From: a virus
Virus record (IMG/VR): IMGVR_UViG_3300045541_000260
Span: 5,929-69,928 of that record
Reading direction: 5' to 3' (one strand)
DNA length: 64,000 nt
Of the stretch, positions 34,768 through 44,918 are shown one piece after another. A program made the position numbers and the translations under genes. The notes under the pieces were generated by a model. It had not been told where the DNA came from. It worked only from the letters and a program-made list of their open reading frames with translations, and did not search any database. Numbering within the stretch: the first letter of the stretch is position 1; the number at the start of each line of letters is the position of its first letter.

Positions 34768-35547
34768 ATGGAAATTAAAATTATGACCACTCTATCAGAC
34801 GCAACTTATCTACAACCGCACAATAAAAATTTATGGGAAATATTTTCCATGGATGACTATTTTACGGACAATAATAAAGACAATTTTCTTGTATTAGATT
34901 TTGGCTGTAATCAATGTAATTTTCTTACTTCTGCTTACAGAAACACCAAACAGCCCAGACGTTTTGGCCCAAAGAATTACATAGGTTTAGATTCAAATCT
35001 TAATTCAGTTAACACTGCCAAGGAAAAGTATCCTTTAACAGCTAATAAGATACTTCACTATGACAAATATCATAGAAGTTATAATCCCACTGGCATTCCT
35101 GGGCTTTTAGCCAGCAATTACATAAACACTAAAGTTGATCTGGTCGTCGCTTATAGCGTTTTTACTCATTCAAGTATTAATGAAACTCGTGAGATTCTTG
35201 ACGATTTAAAAACTCTACTAAAGCCCGGTGGCTCAATTGTGTTTAGTTTATGGACATCCGAGTCTTTGGAGGGATTCTATAATTACAGTTCGGCAAATCG
35301 TAATATCGAAAAAACACCAGAACGATATCAAGAACTAGTTGCTAAACCTTTCAACCAGGTTATGTATTGGATAGACCATAATTATTCTTTAGTTGATTCC
35401 AATGAAGTAGAAACTGGCCCGGTGAATTCTTTTAGCACATTCTACAAGGATGTTAATGCGATATTAAATATATTTCCCGACTTTGAATACTTGGGCAAAC
35501 CCAGTCTGCCCAAGCAATATCAGCAGTTGTTCAAGCTGTCAGCTTGA
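34768..35547 (+). CDS. class I SAM-dependent methyltransferase
   Basis: VLDFGC, YIGLD, YSVFTH, LLKPGG. Confidence 0.8.
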   Translation: MEIKIMTTLSDATYLQPHNKNLWEIFSMDDYFTDNNKDNFLVLDFGCNQCNFLTSAYRNTKQPRRFGPKNYIGLDSNLNSVNTAKEKYPLTANKILHYDKYHRSYNPTGIPGLLASNYINTKVDLVVAYSVFTHSSINETREILDDLKTLLKPGGSIVFSLWTSESLEGFYNYSSANRNIEKTPERYQELVAKPFNQVMYWIDHNYSLVDSNEVETGPVNSFSTFYKDVNAILNIFPDFEYLGKPSLPKQYQQLFKLSA

Positions 35548-36267
35548 TAAAATATCATTGACTTCATTTATGAAACTGTCATAATCCCGTTGACAAGTTT
35601 CATAATTAAAATGCCTGGCGAAAGCTTCTTCGAATTTTGGCTTCAGGCTGTGATAATTATTCACTAAGATAGAATAATCTCTATCAATGATTTTTGTTCG
35701 AGCTTTTTCGGATATGTCTTCTGTTAAATCCATTTCAGAATTATACAGTTGAAAAGGCAAGCCGTTGTCAATGACATATTTTTTAATTCTCATATAACCT
35801 GCAATGTCTCCGGTAATAAGTGTTGTGGCCTGATGAGTAATGTCAAATTTTTGATTTCGAAATTCGGCGAACCTGTCGGCGGGGTTTGATTTTAATTGAT
35901 TAAAAATTCTACTGTAATAAGCTACAACATAACTACACAGTTGATGAAAGTAATCATGACGTTCAATCAAATATAAAAAATCATAGTTTTCCAGTCTCAT
36001 GCGTTCAGGCCTGATGTTTTCATCACCCACAAACTTTCCGGGAAGGTCTGAATTTAAACTAAAGTTTTGTCCTAAAATTTTAACTAAAAAGTGATCATGA
36101 TCTCGAAACAGTTCTTCGGTGATCTGATCTCTGTCAGTTTTTTTCAATGCTGTAATATTTCGGCTATAAAATTCCCAAAGATATTCTAGCTCCGGATGCG
36201 TTTCGGATAGAAAAGTAGTTAATGCGCTACTTCTAGTTCGAGCAGCTGATATAACTGCAATTTTCAT
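35539..36267 (-). CDS. sulfotransferase-like/P-loop-like protein
   Basis: ISAARTRSS resembles a 5'-PAPS-binding motif; ER.D...Q..S. Confidence 0.45.
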   Translation of the reverse strand: MKIAVISAARTRSSALTTFLSETHPELEYLWEFYSRNITALKKTDRDQITEELFRDHDHFLVKILGQNFSLNSDLPGKFVGDENIRPERMRLENYDFLYLIERHDYFHQLCSYVVAYYSRIFNQLKSNPADRFAEFRNQKFDITHQATTLITGDIAGYMRIKKYVIDNGLPFQLYNSEMDLTEDISEKARTKIIDRDYSILVNNYHSLKPKFEEAFARHFNYETCQRDYDSFINEVNDILSS

Positions 36268-36381
36268 TGATTCCCCTTAAAATTTTATTGACAAGCATTG
36301 CACATTGACAATTTTCATCGATTGATTTTTGTCTATAAATTTAATATAATAGTCTATTTATGAATAACGAAAGGAGAAATC

Positions 36382-36561
36382 ATGGACCTTAAATTCAAAC
36401 GTTTTGAACCAATTACTCCTGATGCTAAAATCAAAATTAATGAACTGCTAAAACGTGGCGGTGCTATAGTTGCAGAAAAGCGCGAGTTCATTGATATTGA
36501 ACGACTTCAAAGCATTGCCAGAATCGACCAGAAAGGTCGTGTAGAATGGCGTCAAAAATAA
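36382..36561 (+). CDS. small hypothetical protein (59 aa)
   Basis: strong SD AAGGAG. Confidence 0.6.
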   Translation: MDLKFKRFEPITPDAKIKINELLKRGGAIVAEKREFIDIERLQSIARIDQKGRVEWRQK

Positions 36562-36562
36562 T

Positions 36563-36637
36563 ACCACTGTAGTTCAACGGATAGAATACTTGGCTACGAA
36601 CTAAGAGACGGAGGTTCGATTCCTTCCAGTGGTGCCA
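36563..36637 (+). tRNA. tRNA-Arg(ACG)
   Basis: cloverleaf, loop CTACGAA, GCCA. Confidence 0.92.
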
Positions 36638-36639
36638 CT

Positions 36640-37324
36640 TTATTTGCTAGTTTGTTCATTGAGTTCTTTAGCACTGCGTATTATTTTAAGTATATGATAT
36701 GGCTCTTCTTCAACTATCATATGACCCCAGCTTAGTTCCAGTCTGGTACAGCCCGCAGGCGTTAGTTCCATGGCATATATCTCACTGAATCTAACCAGTG
36801 TAGGACCTACGCCAACACGGCATAGAGATATAAACTCGATTTCCATGATTAACGATTTTTTAATTCGATTCTGATGGGAAATGTTCCAGGTGGAATATTG
36901 AATTGATCCATTAAGCCTGCGTCTCGTTCAGTGATAAGCATTTGTATTACAGGAGTGGGATCATATGCTGTGGTGTTGCCAATAGTTTCTACTGGCCAAT
37001 CCTTATAGAACTGATTGTTTATGTAGATTTTAAGTATTCTGGTCATTGGCTTTCCCCGACGCCGCCCCAGCCTGTTTTAGCTCGAATGGCAAATGCCAGT
37101 TCACGCATACGACCAAATTCAGGACTGCCTTTGCTATGCGGACCGCTAGCTTTGAGTGCTCGGTAGGCTTTGCGTAAATCTTCTAAACTTTTCCCAGCAT
37201 ACTTTCCTTTTTCGCTAGGACTTACCTTTGTGGGTGTTCCCCATTTTTCATCTAATTCTAATTGGGCAAATTCATTGGCTTCTTCAATGATATCTATATA
37301 TTTTCTTAACAGTTCACTACTCAT
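36640..37324 (-). other. three short coupled minus-strand ORFs (36640-36846, 36849-37046, 37043-37324)
   Basis: SD AAGGAG before 37324; tight coupling. Confidence 0.55.
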
Positions 37325-37483
37325 AGCGGTCTCCTTATTTTTACTTACAAGCCCTTATGTTACCAAGTTTACTACTAGAGCATAAATCATACTAAAGTAG
37401 TACAGTATTAACACTGATTGGTATTGGTTTTGCAGACTAAATTAGTAGTTGATATTATCAAAAGCATTTGCTATAATAATCGT

Positions 37484-38419
37484 ATGAGCACCATATCTTT
37501 TAATGCTATTCAAAAATTGTTCGACGACAAGTACTGGGATGTTGGATATTTGTCATCGGATGCAGTTAATCAGTGCTTGAATTCTCCCATTAAATTTAAG
37601 GCCCATCCGGTTGGCGAAGATTTCTCTAACAAACTTTATCCGCCAAAACAGATTACCAATGGTATCATTTTAGCCAAATATGGCTATTCATGGGATTACA
37701 TTCTTTATGAAGATGCAGCCGCAATTCTAGCTGATGCTGGTTTTAAAAACTGGAATTTGATTTACACCAATTATAAAACAGCAGCCATACTGGGCGGCAT
37801 TGGTGTCAGAGCCAGGAACTCTTTAGTCTATAACTACAAATTCGGCTTTGACTGCCATTATGTTGCAGTCATGTTCGACGATGAAATTGTCGATGTTCCT
37901 GATTATTTTAGAGTAAACACTAATCTCTGGCATCGTTGTCAGGACTGCGACGACTGTATTCGTGCTTGCCCTGCGGGTGCAATACACGGGACTAAAGAAC
38001 CTTTTTGGCTAGATGCCGCAGCTTGTGATAACTTTATTGGCTTCGGAAACGAAAGCAGGCCTGACATTCCATCTATTAAAGATTTTTGGCATAAAAATGT
38101 TAGGCCCGATATCTCAGCTGATGAAGTCCGAGAGATTAAATCGGTTAATGATCTTAAACAAAAATATAATAAAGCAGGTTTTCCGTGGGGCAATGGTTAT
38201 ACTTACGACGGTCATAATCTAAAAAAAGATGGAAAACCGGTGCCTGTGGAATTTTGCAAAGAGTGTATTTCGCAACCCAGATGTAGCAAGTGGAACGGTA
38301 AATATCCTTATAACGAACAACTGCCGGAGGTTCCAGTGTATAAACCTAAGAATAACATGCTGACTAAATTGATAGCTAAAAACAAATCGATTTTTAATAC
38401 CAGTGATGACGATGCATGA
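37484..38419 (+). CDS. epoxyqueuosine reductase (QueG)-like 4Fe-4S protein
   Basis: K.AAIL.GIG..ARNSL; CQDCDDCIRACPAGAI; C..C...P.C. Confidence 0.65.
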   Translation: MSTISFNAIQKLFDDKYWDVGYLSSDAVNQCLNSPIKFKAHPVGEDFSNKLYPPKQITNGIILAKYGYSWDYILYEDAAAILADAGFKNWNLIYTNYKTAAILGGIGVRARNSLVYNYKFGFDCHYVAVMFDDEIVDVPDYFRVNTNLWHRCQDCDDCIRACPAGAIHGTKEPFWLDAAACDNFIGFGNESRPDIPSIKDFWHKNVRPDISADEVREIKSVNDLKQKYNKAGFPWGNGYTYDGHNLKKDGKPVPVEFCKECISQPRCSKWNGKYPYNEQLPEVPVYKPKNNMLTKLIAKNKSIFNTSDDDA

Positions 38420-38882
38420 ACAATGGATAGATAAGGTTGAAGGATTGACTTTTAGACATCAATATTTGTTGTCGGAATTTCAAAACAACATCATTAAAGA
38501 ATTAAAGTCTGTACACTACGCGCATAAAGTTTTAGTTCAAAAAAAATATCATCTCGTCAATAACGGCATAGAGTCGCCGATTATAGATTATCTTCCCGAA
38601 GTTCAAATAGCTATTAACAAAGTTTCTAAGTTGATGGATTTTAATTTTGTCACTTATAGATGCATAGAGCCATATACGGCATACGGTTGGCACAGAGATG
38701 CTGGTGGAATATGTTATCATATTCCGTTAAAGACCAATCCAGGCTGTTGGTTTGTTTACGAAAACAAATCGTTTCATATGCCAGCAGATGGAAGTTTATA
38801 CAGAGTTGTCAACGGACAATACCACACATTTGTTAATTCGGGTGATAGTCAACGAATTCATATTACCTTTGAAAGGATCTAA
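38412..38882 (+). CDS. Asp/Asn beta-hydroxylase-like 2OG oxygenase
   Basis: WHRD, HIPL.TN, HTFVN.G...RIH. Confidence 0.7.
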   Translation: MHEQWIDKVEGLTFRHQYLLSEFQNNIIKELKSVHYAHKVLVQKKYHLVNNGIESPIIDYLPEVQIAINKVSKLMDFNFVTYRCIEPYTAYGWHRDAGGICYHIPLKTNPGCWFVYENKSFHMPADGSLYRVVNGQYHTFVNSGDSQRIHITFERI

Positions 38883-38885
38883 ATT

Positions 38886-40094
38886 ATGGAAAAAAAGAAA
38901 ATTGCAGTTGTTGGCCGTGGCACTGCCGGTGTTATGGCTATGGCAGACGTAGTTAATAGATTCGGCACTAGTGCTGAATTAGAATGGCATTTTGACAGCA
39001 ACATAAAACCTCAGGCAGTAGGAGAAGGCAGCACATTGTTGGTGGCCAAATCATTATTTAAAAATCTAGGTTTTTCGCATCATGATCTAGATCACATCGA
39101 CGGAACTTTTAAACACGGTATTAGAAAAATGAATTGGTCGCCGGATAATCTGGACTTTTTCCATGAATTTCCTGCCCCAAACGTTTCGTATCATTTTAAT
39201 GCTGTTGCATTACAAAATTATGTTTATGGTTTATTAAAAGATAAAGTAAAAGTTTTTGATCATAATATCACTTATGATCAAATTGATGCTAGTTATGTCA
39301 TTGATTGTTCTGGAAAGCCCAATGACTGGAGCTTGTTTGATGAACCTCAATATATACCAGTTAATGCTGCTTATGTAACACAGTGCTATTGGGATCTGCC
39401 AAGATTTTTTCATACACTGACTATTGCACGGCCATACGGCTGGGTGTTTGGCATCCCACTTAAAAATCGATGCAGTATTGGCTATATGTTCAACGATAAT
39501 ATTACATCAGTAGAGGAAGTAAAAGAAGATGTCAAACATGTGTTTGAACAATTTAATCTAACACCCAGCACTACAACTAATGAACTGCATTTTAAGAATT
39601 ATGCTCGAAAAACTAATTTTCTTAAGGGTGTAGCATTTAACGGCAATGCCAGTTTCTTTTTAGAACCCATAGAAGCATCGACTTTAACTGGAGTAGAGTA
39701 TATTAATGATTGGGCCTGTTCATTGATAAAAAATCCAATAGAAATTCATAAATTCAATGGTATGTATAAAAAGAGAAATGAGAACATCGAAAGAATGATT
39801 ATGTTACATTATTTTGCTGGATCAATTTTTAAAACTGATTTCTGGGATTTTGCTTACGAACGAGCACGCCGATGTTTAGAAATTGCAGTTAATGACGATC
39901 CGAATTGGCAATTAATCTATGAAGTTAGTAAAACATCTGATCCAAAGGATCCAGCAAAATACATGCCACTGTTAATGGAAAAAAAATGGCCAGGCCTATT
40001 ATTCGAAGATTGGACAGATTGGAGTTATCATGAAAATCTTTCTCATCGAGGCATGAATCTTTACGATAAGATTGACGCTTTAAAAAGAAAATAA
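38886..40094 (+). CDS. flavin-dependent tryptophan halogenase-like protein
   Basis: VVG.GTAG, VGEGS, IDCSG, GWVFGIPL, FLEPIEA. Confidence 0.8.
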   Translation: MEKKKIAVVGRGTAGVMAMADVVNRFGTSAELEWHFDSNIKPQAVGEGSTLLVAKSLFKNLGFSHHDLDHIDGTFKHGIRKMNWSPDNLDFFHEFPAPNVSYHFNAVALQNYVYGLLKDKVKVFDHNITYDQIDASYVIDCSGKPNDWSLFDEPQYIPVNAAYVTQCYWDLPRFFHTLTIARPYGWVFGIPLKNRCSIGYMFNDNITSVEEVKEDVKHVFEQFNLTPSTTTNELHFKNYARKTNFLKGVAFNGNASFFLEPIEASTLTGVEYINDWACSLIKNPIEIHKFNGMYKKRNENIERMIMLHYFAGSIFKTDFWDFAYERARRCLEIAVNDDPNWQLIYEVSKTSDPKDPAKYMPLLMEKKWPGLLFEDWTDWSYHENLSHRGMNLYDKIDALKRK

Positions 40095-40815
40095 TCATGA
40101 ATTCCAAGAAAGTTGTTGTATTGGGCAAGGGCACTGCTGGTGTTCTTACTATGGCCAATTTTCTTAAAGAAAAAGAAGCTAATCCTAATTTAGAGCTCGA
40201 ATGGCATTTTGACTCTGACATCAAACCTCAGGCTGTTGGCGAGGGCAGTCCTTTAAACATTCCCAAAGAACTATTTCGGACAGTGGGTCTTTTTACGCAT
40301 GACTTAGCTAATGTAGACGGAACATTCAAACATGGCATTAGAAAAATTAATTGGCAAGGCCAAGCAGACTTTTTCCATGAATTTCCGCCAGGCGAAGTAG
40401 GCTATCATTTTAATGCAACTGCACTGCAAAAATATATCTTTGATAAAATTAAAGACCAAGTCAAAATTGTTGACGCCAACGCAACCTCCGATAAAATTGA
40501 TGCTAGTTATGTAATAGACTGCTCAGGAACCCCTAAGGATTCTGAATCAATTGATCTGGTCAAATACATACCAGTCAATGCTGCTTATGTAACACAGTGC
40601 TATTGGGATATGCCAAGATTCGCTTATACATTAGCTATAGCTAGACCCTATGGTTGGGTGTTTGGCATTCCATTGGTAAATCGATGCAGTATTGGCTATA
40701 TGTTCAATGATACTATTTCCTCTATAGAGGAAGTAAAAGAAGATGTCAAACATGTGTTTGAACAATTTAATCTAACACCCAGCACTACAACTAATGAACT
40801 GCATTTTAAGAATTA
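39511..40815 (+). repeat. 91-bp exact direct repeat (39511-39601 and 40725-40815) in the halogenase paralogs
   Basis: TAGAGGAAGTAAAAGAAGATGTC...GCATTTTAAGAATTA identical in both genes. Confidence 0.9.
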
Positions 40816-41305
40816 CATAAGAAAAGAAAATTATACTTCTCGTGTAGCTTATAATGGAAATGCCAGCTTCTTTTTAGAACCAATGGAAGCCACAAGTCTA
40901 TCAACAATGTTATTTGTTAATACCCAGGCCAAGTCGTGTGTTCTAAATCCACTTACTGTTCGTAGATCTAATATGCTTTACAAAGATAGATTAACAAGAA
41001 CAGAAAGAATGATTATGTTGCATTATTTTGCGGGATCTGTCTTTAAGACAGATTTTTGGGAATTTGCGGAAGAACGCGGCAGAAAATGCATCGAGGACGC
41101 AGTAAAAGATGAAAACTGGTTGAAATGGTATAATGCCAGCAAAAAAATCATTTATAACGGAGATTCTTCTCGTGTAAATGAAGAAATGATGAGATCTGGA
41201 TATATTATTGGTGGTGGCGATGAATGGAGCCCATGGAATTTGCATATCAACATCTCGCACATGGGACTGAACATCTACGATCGAGTAGATGCTATGATTA
41301 AATAA
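40097..41305 (+). CDS. flavin-dependent tryptophan halogenase-like protein (tandem paralog)
   Basis: same motifs; both paralogs are 402 aa. Confidence 0.8.
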   Translation: MNSKKVVVLGKGTAGVLTMANFLKEKEANPNLELEWHFDSDIKPQAVGEGSPLNIPKELFRTVGLFTHDLANVDGTFKHGIRKINWQGQADFFHEFPPGEVGYHFNATALQKYIFDKIKDQVKIVDANATSDKIDASYVIDCSGTPKDSESIDLVKYIPVNAAYVTQCYWDMPRFAYTLAIARPYGWVFGIPLVNRCSIGYMFNDTISSIEEVKEDVKHVFEQFNLTPSTTTNELHFKNYIRKENYTSRVAYNGNASFFLEPMEATSLSTMLFVNTQAKSCVLNPLTVRRSNMLYKDRLTRTERMIMLHYFAGSVFKTDFWEFAEERGRKCIEDAVKDENWLKWYNASKKIIYNGDSSRVNEEMMRSGYIIGGGDEWSPWNLHINISHMGLNIYDRVDAMIK

Positions 41306-41333
41306 AATTTTTAATAATTAAGGAGGAGGCAAT

Positions 41334-41918
41334 ATGCCCGCAGTTTGGTTAGTAAGTGACACTCATTTCGGTCACGAAAAAACCTGCACTGTGTTCAAAC
41401 GCGAAGATGGCACGCCTCTTCGTCCGTTTAGCAGCGCAGAAGAAATGGATGAATACATGATCAAGGCCTGGAACGAAAGAGTTAGGCCCAAAGACAAAGT
41501 CTATCACTTAGGCGATGTTGTTATTAACCGCAAAGCTTTAAACACACTTCGTAGACTCAACGGGGATAAAGTTCTAATCAAAGGCAACCATGATATCTTT
41601 AATCTTAGTGATTACACAGAGCATTTTAGAGATATTCGTGCTTACCATGTTATGAATGGACTAATTCTTAGCCATGTGCCTGTTCATGAAGAAAGTCTGG
41701 CTCGCTTCGGTGCTAACGTTCACGGACACTTACATGCTAACAGAGTTATGAAGGTCAAGCACAAAGGTGCTGCACCCGAGATTGATCCTCGTTATCATTG
41801 CGTTTGTGTTGAACAAACCGACTTTGCTCCTATTCTGTTTGAGGATCTGCTCAAGCGTATTCAAGCAGAAGGTGGCACAGTGGGTTTTCGCAACGGCAAC
41901 GCCGCTGTAGTAATGTAA
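41334..41918 (+). CDS. metallophosphoesterase
   Basis: SDTHFGH, LGD, GNHD, SH.P, HGHLH. Confidence 0.88.
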   Translation: MPAVWLVSDTHFGHEKTCTVFKREDGTPLRPFSSAEEMDEYMIKAWNERVRPKDKVYHLGDVVINRKALNTLRRLNGDKVLIKGNHDIFNLSDYTEHFRDIRAYHVMNGLILSHVPVHEESLARFGANVHGHLHANRVMKVKHKGAAPEIDPRYHCVCVEQTDFAPILFEDLLKRIQAEGGTVGFRNGNAAVVM

Positions 41919-41968
41919 AAAGAAATTTCGGTAGATAAGTATAAGGTAATAGGATACTATCTACCGAA

Positions 41969-42955
41969 ATGAAAAAAGTTTTAGTTTGTGGTGCCGGGGG
42001 GTTCATTGGCACTCATCTGGTTACTAGTCTAAAAAAAGCTGGACATTATGTCATCGGCGCGGATTTAAAATATCCATCATATTCGACGTCGGATGCCGAT
42101 GAATTTCATATTGCCGACCTGCGAAATCAACAAACAGTTGAACGTTTGCTTACCAGCGATATAGATGAAATTTATCAGCTAGCTGCTGATATGGGCGGCG
42201 CCGGATATATTTTTACAGGCGACAATGATGCAGATATAATGCATAACAGCGCACAGATCAATCTCAATATTTGCAGTGAGATGATGCGTAAGAATATCAA
42301 AAAAGTATTTTACACTAGCAGCGCCTGCATTTATCCTGCTTATAATCAGACTGATCCTGATAATCCCTTACTCAGCGAGGACAGTGCGTATCCTGCTGCA
42401 CCCGACAGTGAGTACGGGTGGGAAAAGCTATTCAGCGAAAGACTTTATCTTGCCTATGCAAGAAATCATGGCTTAAGAGTTCGCATTGCACGATTGCACA
42501 ATGTATATGGTCCTTTAGGTGCGTGGAATAATGGCCGCGAAAAAGCGCCAGCGGCTCTGTGCCGTAAGGTTGCCATGGCACAAAATGTAGATAGCATTGA
42601 TGTTTGGGGTCCGGGAAAACAAACACGAAGCTTCCTATATGTGGATGAATGTGTTGAGGGCATACATAGAATAATGGCCAGCGACTGTGATTTTCCCTTA
42701 AATCTTGGCAGTGAGGAAATGATCAGCATTAACAACCTTGTATTGCTTATAGCTAAAATAGCTGGAAAATCAATAAAAATTAATAATATTCCTGGCCCGC
42801 TAGGAGTTCTAGGTCGTAATAGTCATAACAAATTAATTTACGAAACCATCGGTTGGCGGCCAGAAGAAAACCTCGAAGCAGGCTTACGCAACACATATAC
42901 ATGGATTTCAAATCAACTCAAATCTGGCAAAATTGATTATCAGAAATTGTCGTAA
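41969..42955 (+). CDS. NAD-dependent epimerase (GDP-mannose 3,5-epimerase-like)
   Basis: GAGGFIG, LAADMGGAG, SSACIYP, YGWEK, GREKAPAALCRK. Confidence 0.9.
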   Translation: MKKVLVCGAGGFIGTHLVTSLKKAGHYVIGADLKYPSYSTSDADEFHIADLRNQQTVERLLTSDIDEIYQLAADMGGAGYIFTGDNDADIMHNSAQINLNICSEMMRKNIKKVFYTSSACIYPAYNQTDPDNPLLSEDSAYPAAPDSEYGWEKLFSERLYLAYARNHGLRVRIARLHNVYGPLGAWNNGREKAPAALCRKVAMAQNVDSIDVWGPGKQTRSFLYVDECVEGIHRIMASDCDFPLNLGSEEMISINNLVLLIAKIAGKSIKINNIPGPLGVLGRNSHNKLIYETIGWRPEENLEAGLRNTYTWISNQLKSGKIDYQKLS

Positions 42956-42997
42956 TAGGGCAAGTAGCATAAATATAATTAACTAGGAGATTAGACG

Positions 42998-43240
42998 ATG
43001 CTTGACAAGTTAAAAGCTAAAATGGCAGAAAAAATTGAAAAAACTAGAGAAATAATGGAGTTGCCGGCAGCGCCAGAATCTGTTCGTGCAGAGCGTTTAG
43101 CAATCTGTCGAAGCTGCGAGGAATTACGAGCTAGCGAATTCTGCAAAATGTGTAACTGTTACATGCCAGCAAAAGTTTTTATCGCCGGTGTTTCTTGCCC
43201 AGCCAAAAAATGGTTAGCAGTGCAGTCAGCAAAAAATTAA
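42998..43240 (+). CDS. small Cys-rich protein
   Basis: RL.IC..C...C..C.C.M..K...CP..KW. Confidence 0.65.
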   Translation: MLDKLKAKMAEKIEKTREIMELPAAPESVRAERLAICRSCEELRASEFCKMCNCYMPAKVFIAGVSCPAKKWLAVQSAKN

Positions 43241-43259
43241 ATAACTGGAGAAATAATAA

Positions 43260-44909
43260 ATGAAATTTTTAATCGACTTCAAAGATAATAGTTCCGATGC
43301 GGACATTTCTGCTTACTTGCAAAGCTTTTCGGCAACTGTTGAAAAAACTTTCAACAAGTTTACCAAGACTTATTTAATTGAGTCACCGGTGACTCCACCA
43401 ACTTCTTCAATTGTTGATATTGTTATCAATGACGATACCGAAACAGTAAGCCTGCTAAACACTACAGTATATCTGGATCAAAATTTCGGAAGTCTTGTAA
43501 CAAATGGCACCATCCCTCTAATTAATTTAGATACCAGTGACGAAAACAATTGGTGGAAATTATATAGTTTTTTACGACCAGAGTTAGATGTTGCAACATA
43601 TTCTTTAAATCGTCGTGGCAACGGCAACATTGTTTATGTATTGGACAGTGGTTGTAACGTTAACCATGCAGAATTTAATGGATCTACAGTTACAAACTTG
43701 TGGAGCTTTAATAACGACTTCACTGATACAAACGGCCATGGCACTGCTATTTCGGCAGTGATTGCAGGTCAAACTTGCGGTATGACCGATGCTGCTGTAA
43801 AGAATGTGAAAATTTTCCACGATGGTGTAAGTACAAAGCAAAGTGATTTAGTATCTGCACTAGATGTTATCTATAATGATTTTATTAACACTACCATTCC
43901 TGGTTATTTTATTGTAAATGCCAGCTGGGCAATTCCTAAAAATACTTTCATCGAAAGTAAGATTCGTGCAATGATAGATGTTGGTATTATTTTCGTAGCA
44001 GCAGCAGGAAACAACGGTGTCCCAATCGAAAATGTTACTCCGGCATCTATGCTTGATGTATTAACTGTTGGAAGTTATAACAAGGATCTGATGCCTAGTA
44101 ATTTTAGTAATTATTCCGGTGGCAGCGATATATCTTATACTACTGGAGAAACAAATTACGGTGCATTAGACGGTTGGGCGCCAGGAGAAGAAATAAGGAT
44201 TCCTACATTAAACGGAGCATATGGATTAGCAGCCGGAACCAGTATGTCTGCAGCAATTCAATCGGCTGCACTAGCTTATAATCTTTCTCACTCTAACTTT
44301 CCGAAAACATACGACAGAACTATATATGGATTTGCCAAAGAACATTCGTTCCTCAGATCTGATATGTTAGATTTAAGCGATCCAAAATATGTCGACTCAG
44401 TAAACAAATTAACCACATTTGTTGACAATCTGTCTCAGAAGGTCATTAAAGATACCATACCAAAGGATTATAGATTGACTCCTGGGTTTCTATTAAACTT
44501 AATGGAGTTTGCTAATCCAAAACTTATTGAAAGAGTAGAATTCTTACAAAGCTTACCATATGGTATTGAATTACTTCCTCAGGGTGAGTTTTCCGGTCAA
44601 GTGCCATCAAATTTAAATCAAAGATATGTTCAACATATCATTCCAACTCGAGCAATTTATCGAGACGGAACAATAGATGAATTTGATTTAACTTTCCATA
44701 TCATGGCAGCTGATTGGAATAGCGAAGTCGACTCTACTGGCGACCCTGATTTAGATATTAAACTACAATTCACTTATTATTGTTTCCAGCACGGTGACTG
44801 TATTTACAATGAGCATACTTGTATCGCTAACTGCGGTTCTGCCTGGTGTAACCAAGGTAGCCAATATTGTCCAAAAGGTGCATTTGGTTGCTTCTGTGAT
44901 GGATTCTAA
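43260..44909 (+). CDS. subtilisin-like S8 protease with Cys-rich C-terminal tail
   Basis: VLDSG, NGHGT, AAAGN, GTSMS catalytic triad. Confidence 0.88.
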   Translation: MKFLIDFKDNSSDADISAYLQSFSATVEKTFNKFTKTYLIESPVTPPTSSIVDIVINDDTETVSLLNTTVYLDQNFGSLVTNGTIPLINLDTSDENNWWKLYSFLRPELDVATYSLNRRGNGNIVYVLDSGCNVNHAEFNGSTVTNLWSFNNDFTDTNGHGTAISAVIAGQTCGMTDAAVKNVKIFHDGVSTKQSDLVSALDVIYNDFINTTIPGYFIVNASWAIPKNTFIESKIRAMIDVGIIFVAAAGNNGVPIENVTPASMLDVLTVGSYNKDLMPSNFSNYSGGSDISYTTGETNYGALDGWAPGEEIRIPTLNGAYGLAAGTSMSAAIQSAALAYNLSHSNFPKTYDRTIYGFAKEHSFLRSDMLDLSDPKYVDSVNKLTTFVDNLSQKVIKDTIPKDYRLTPGFLLNLMEFANPKLIERVEFLQSLPYGIELLPQGEFSGQVPSNLNQRYVQHIIPTRAIYRDGTIDEFDLTFHIMAADWNSEVDSTGDPDLDIKLQFTYYCFQHGDCIYNEHTCIANCGSAWCNQGSQYCPKGAFGCFCDGF

Positions 44910-44918
44910 AAATTTTAA

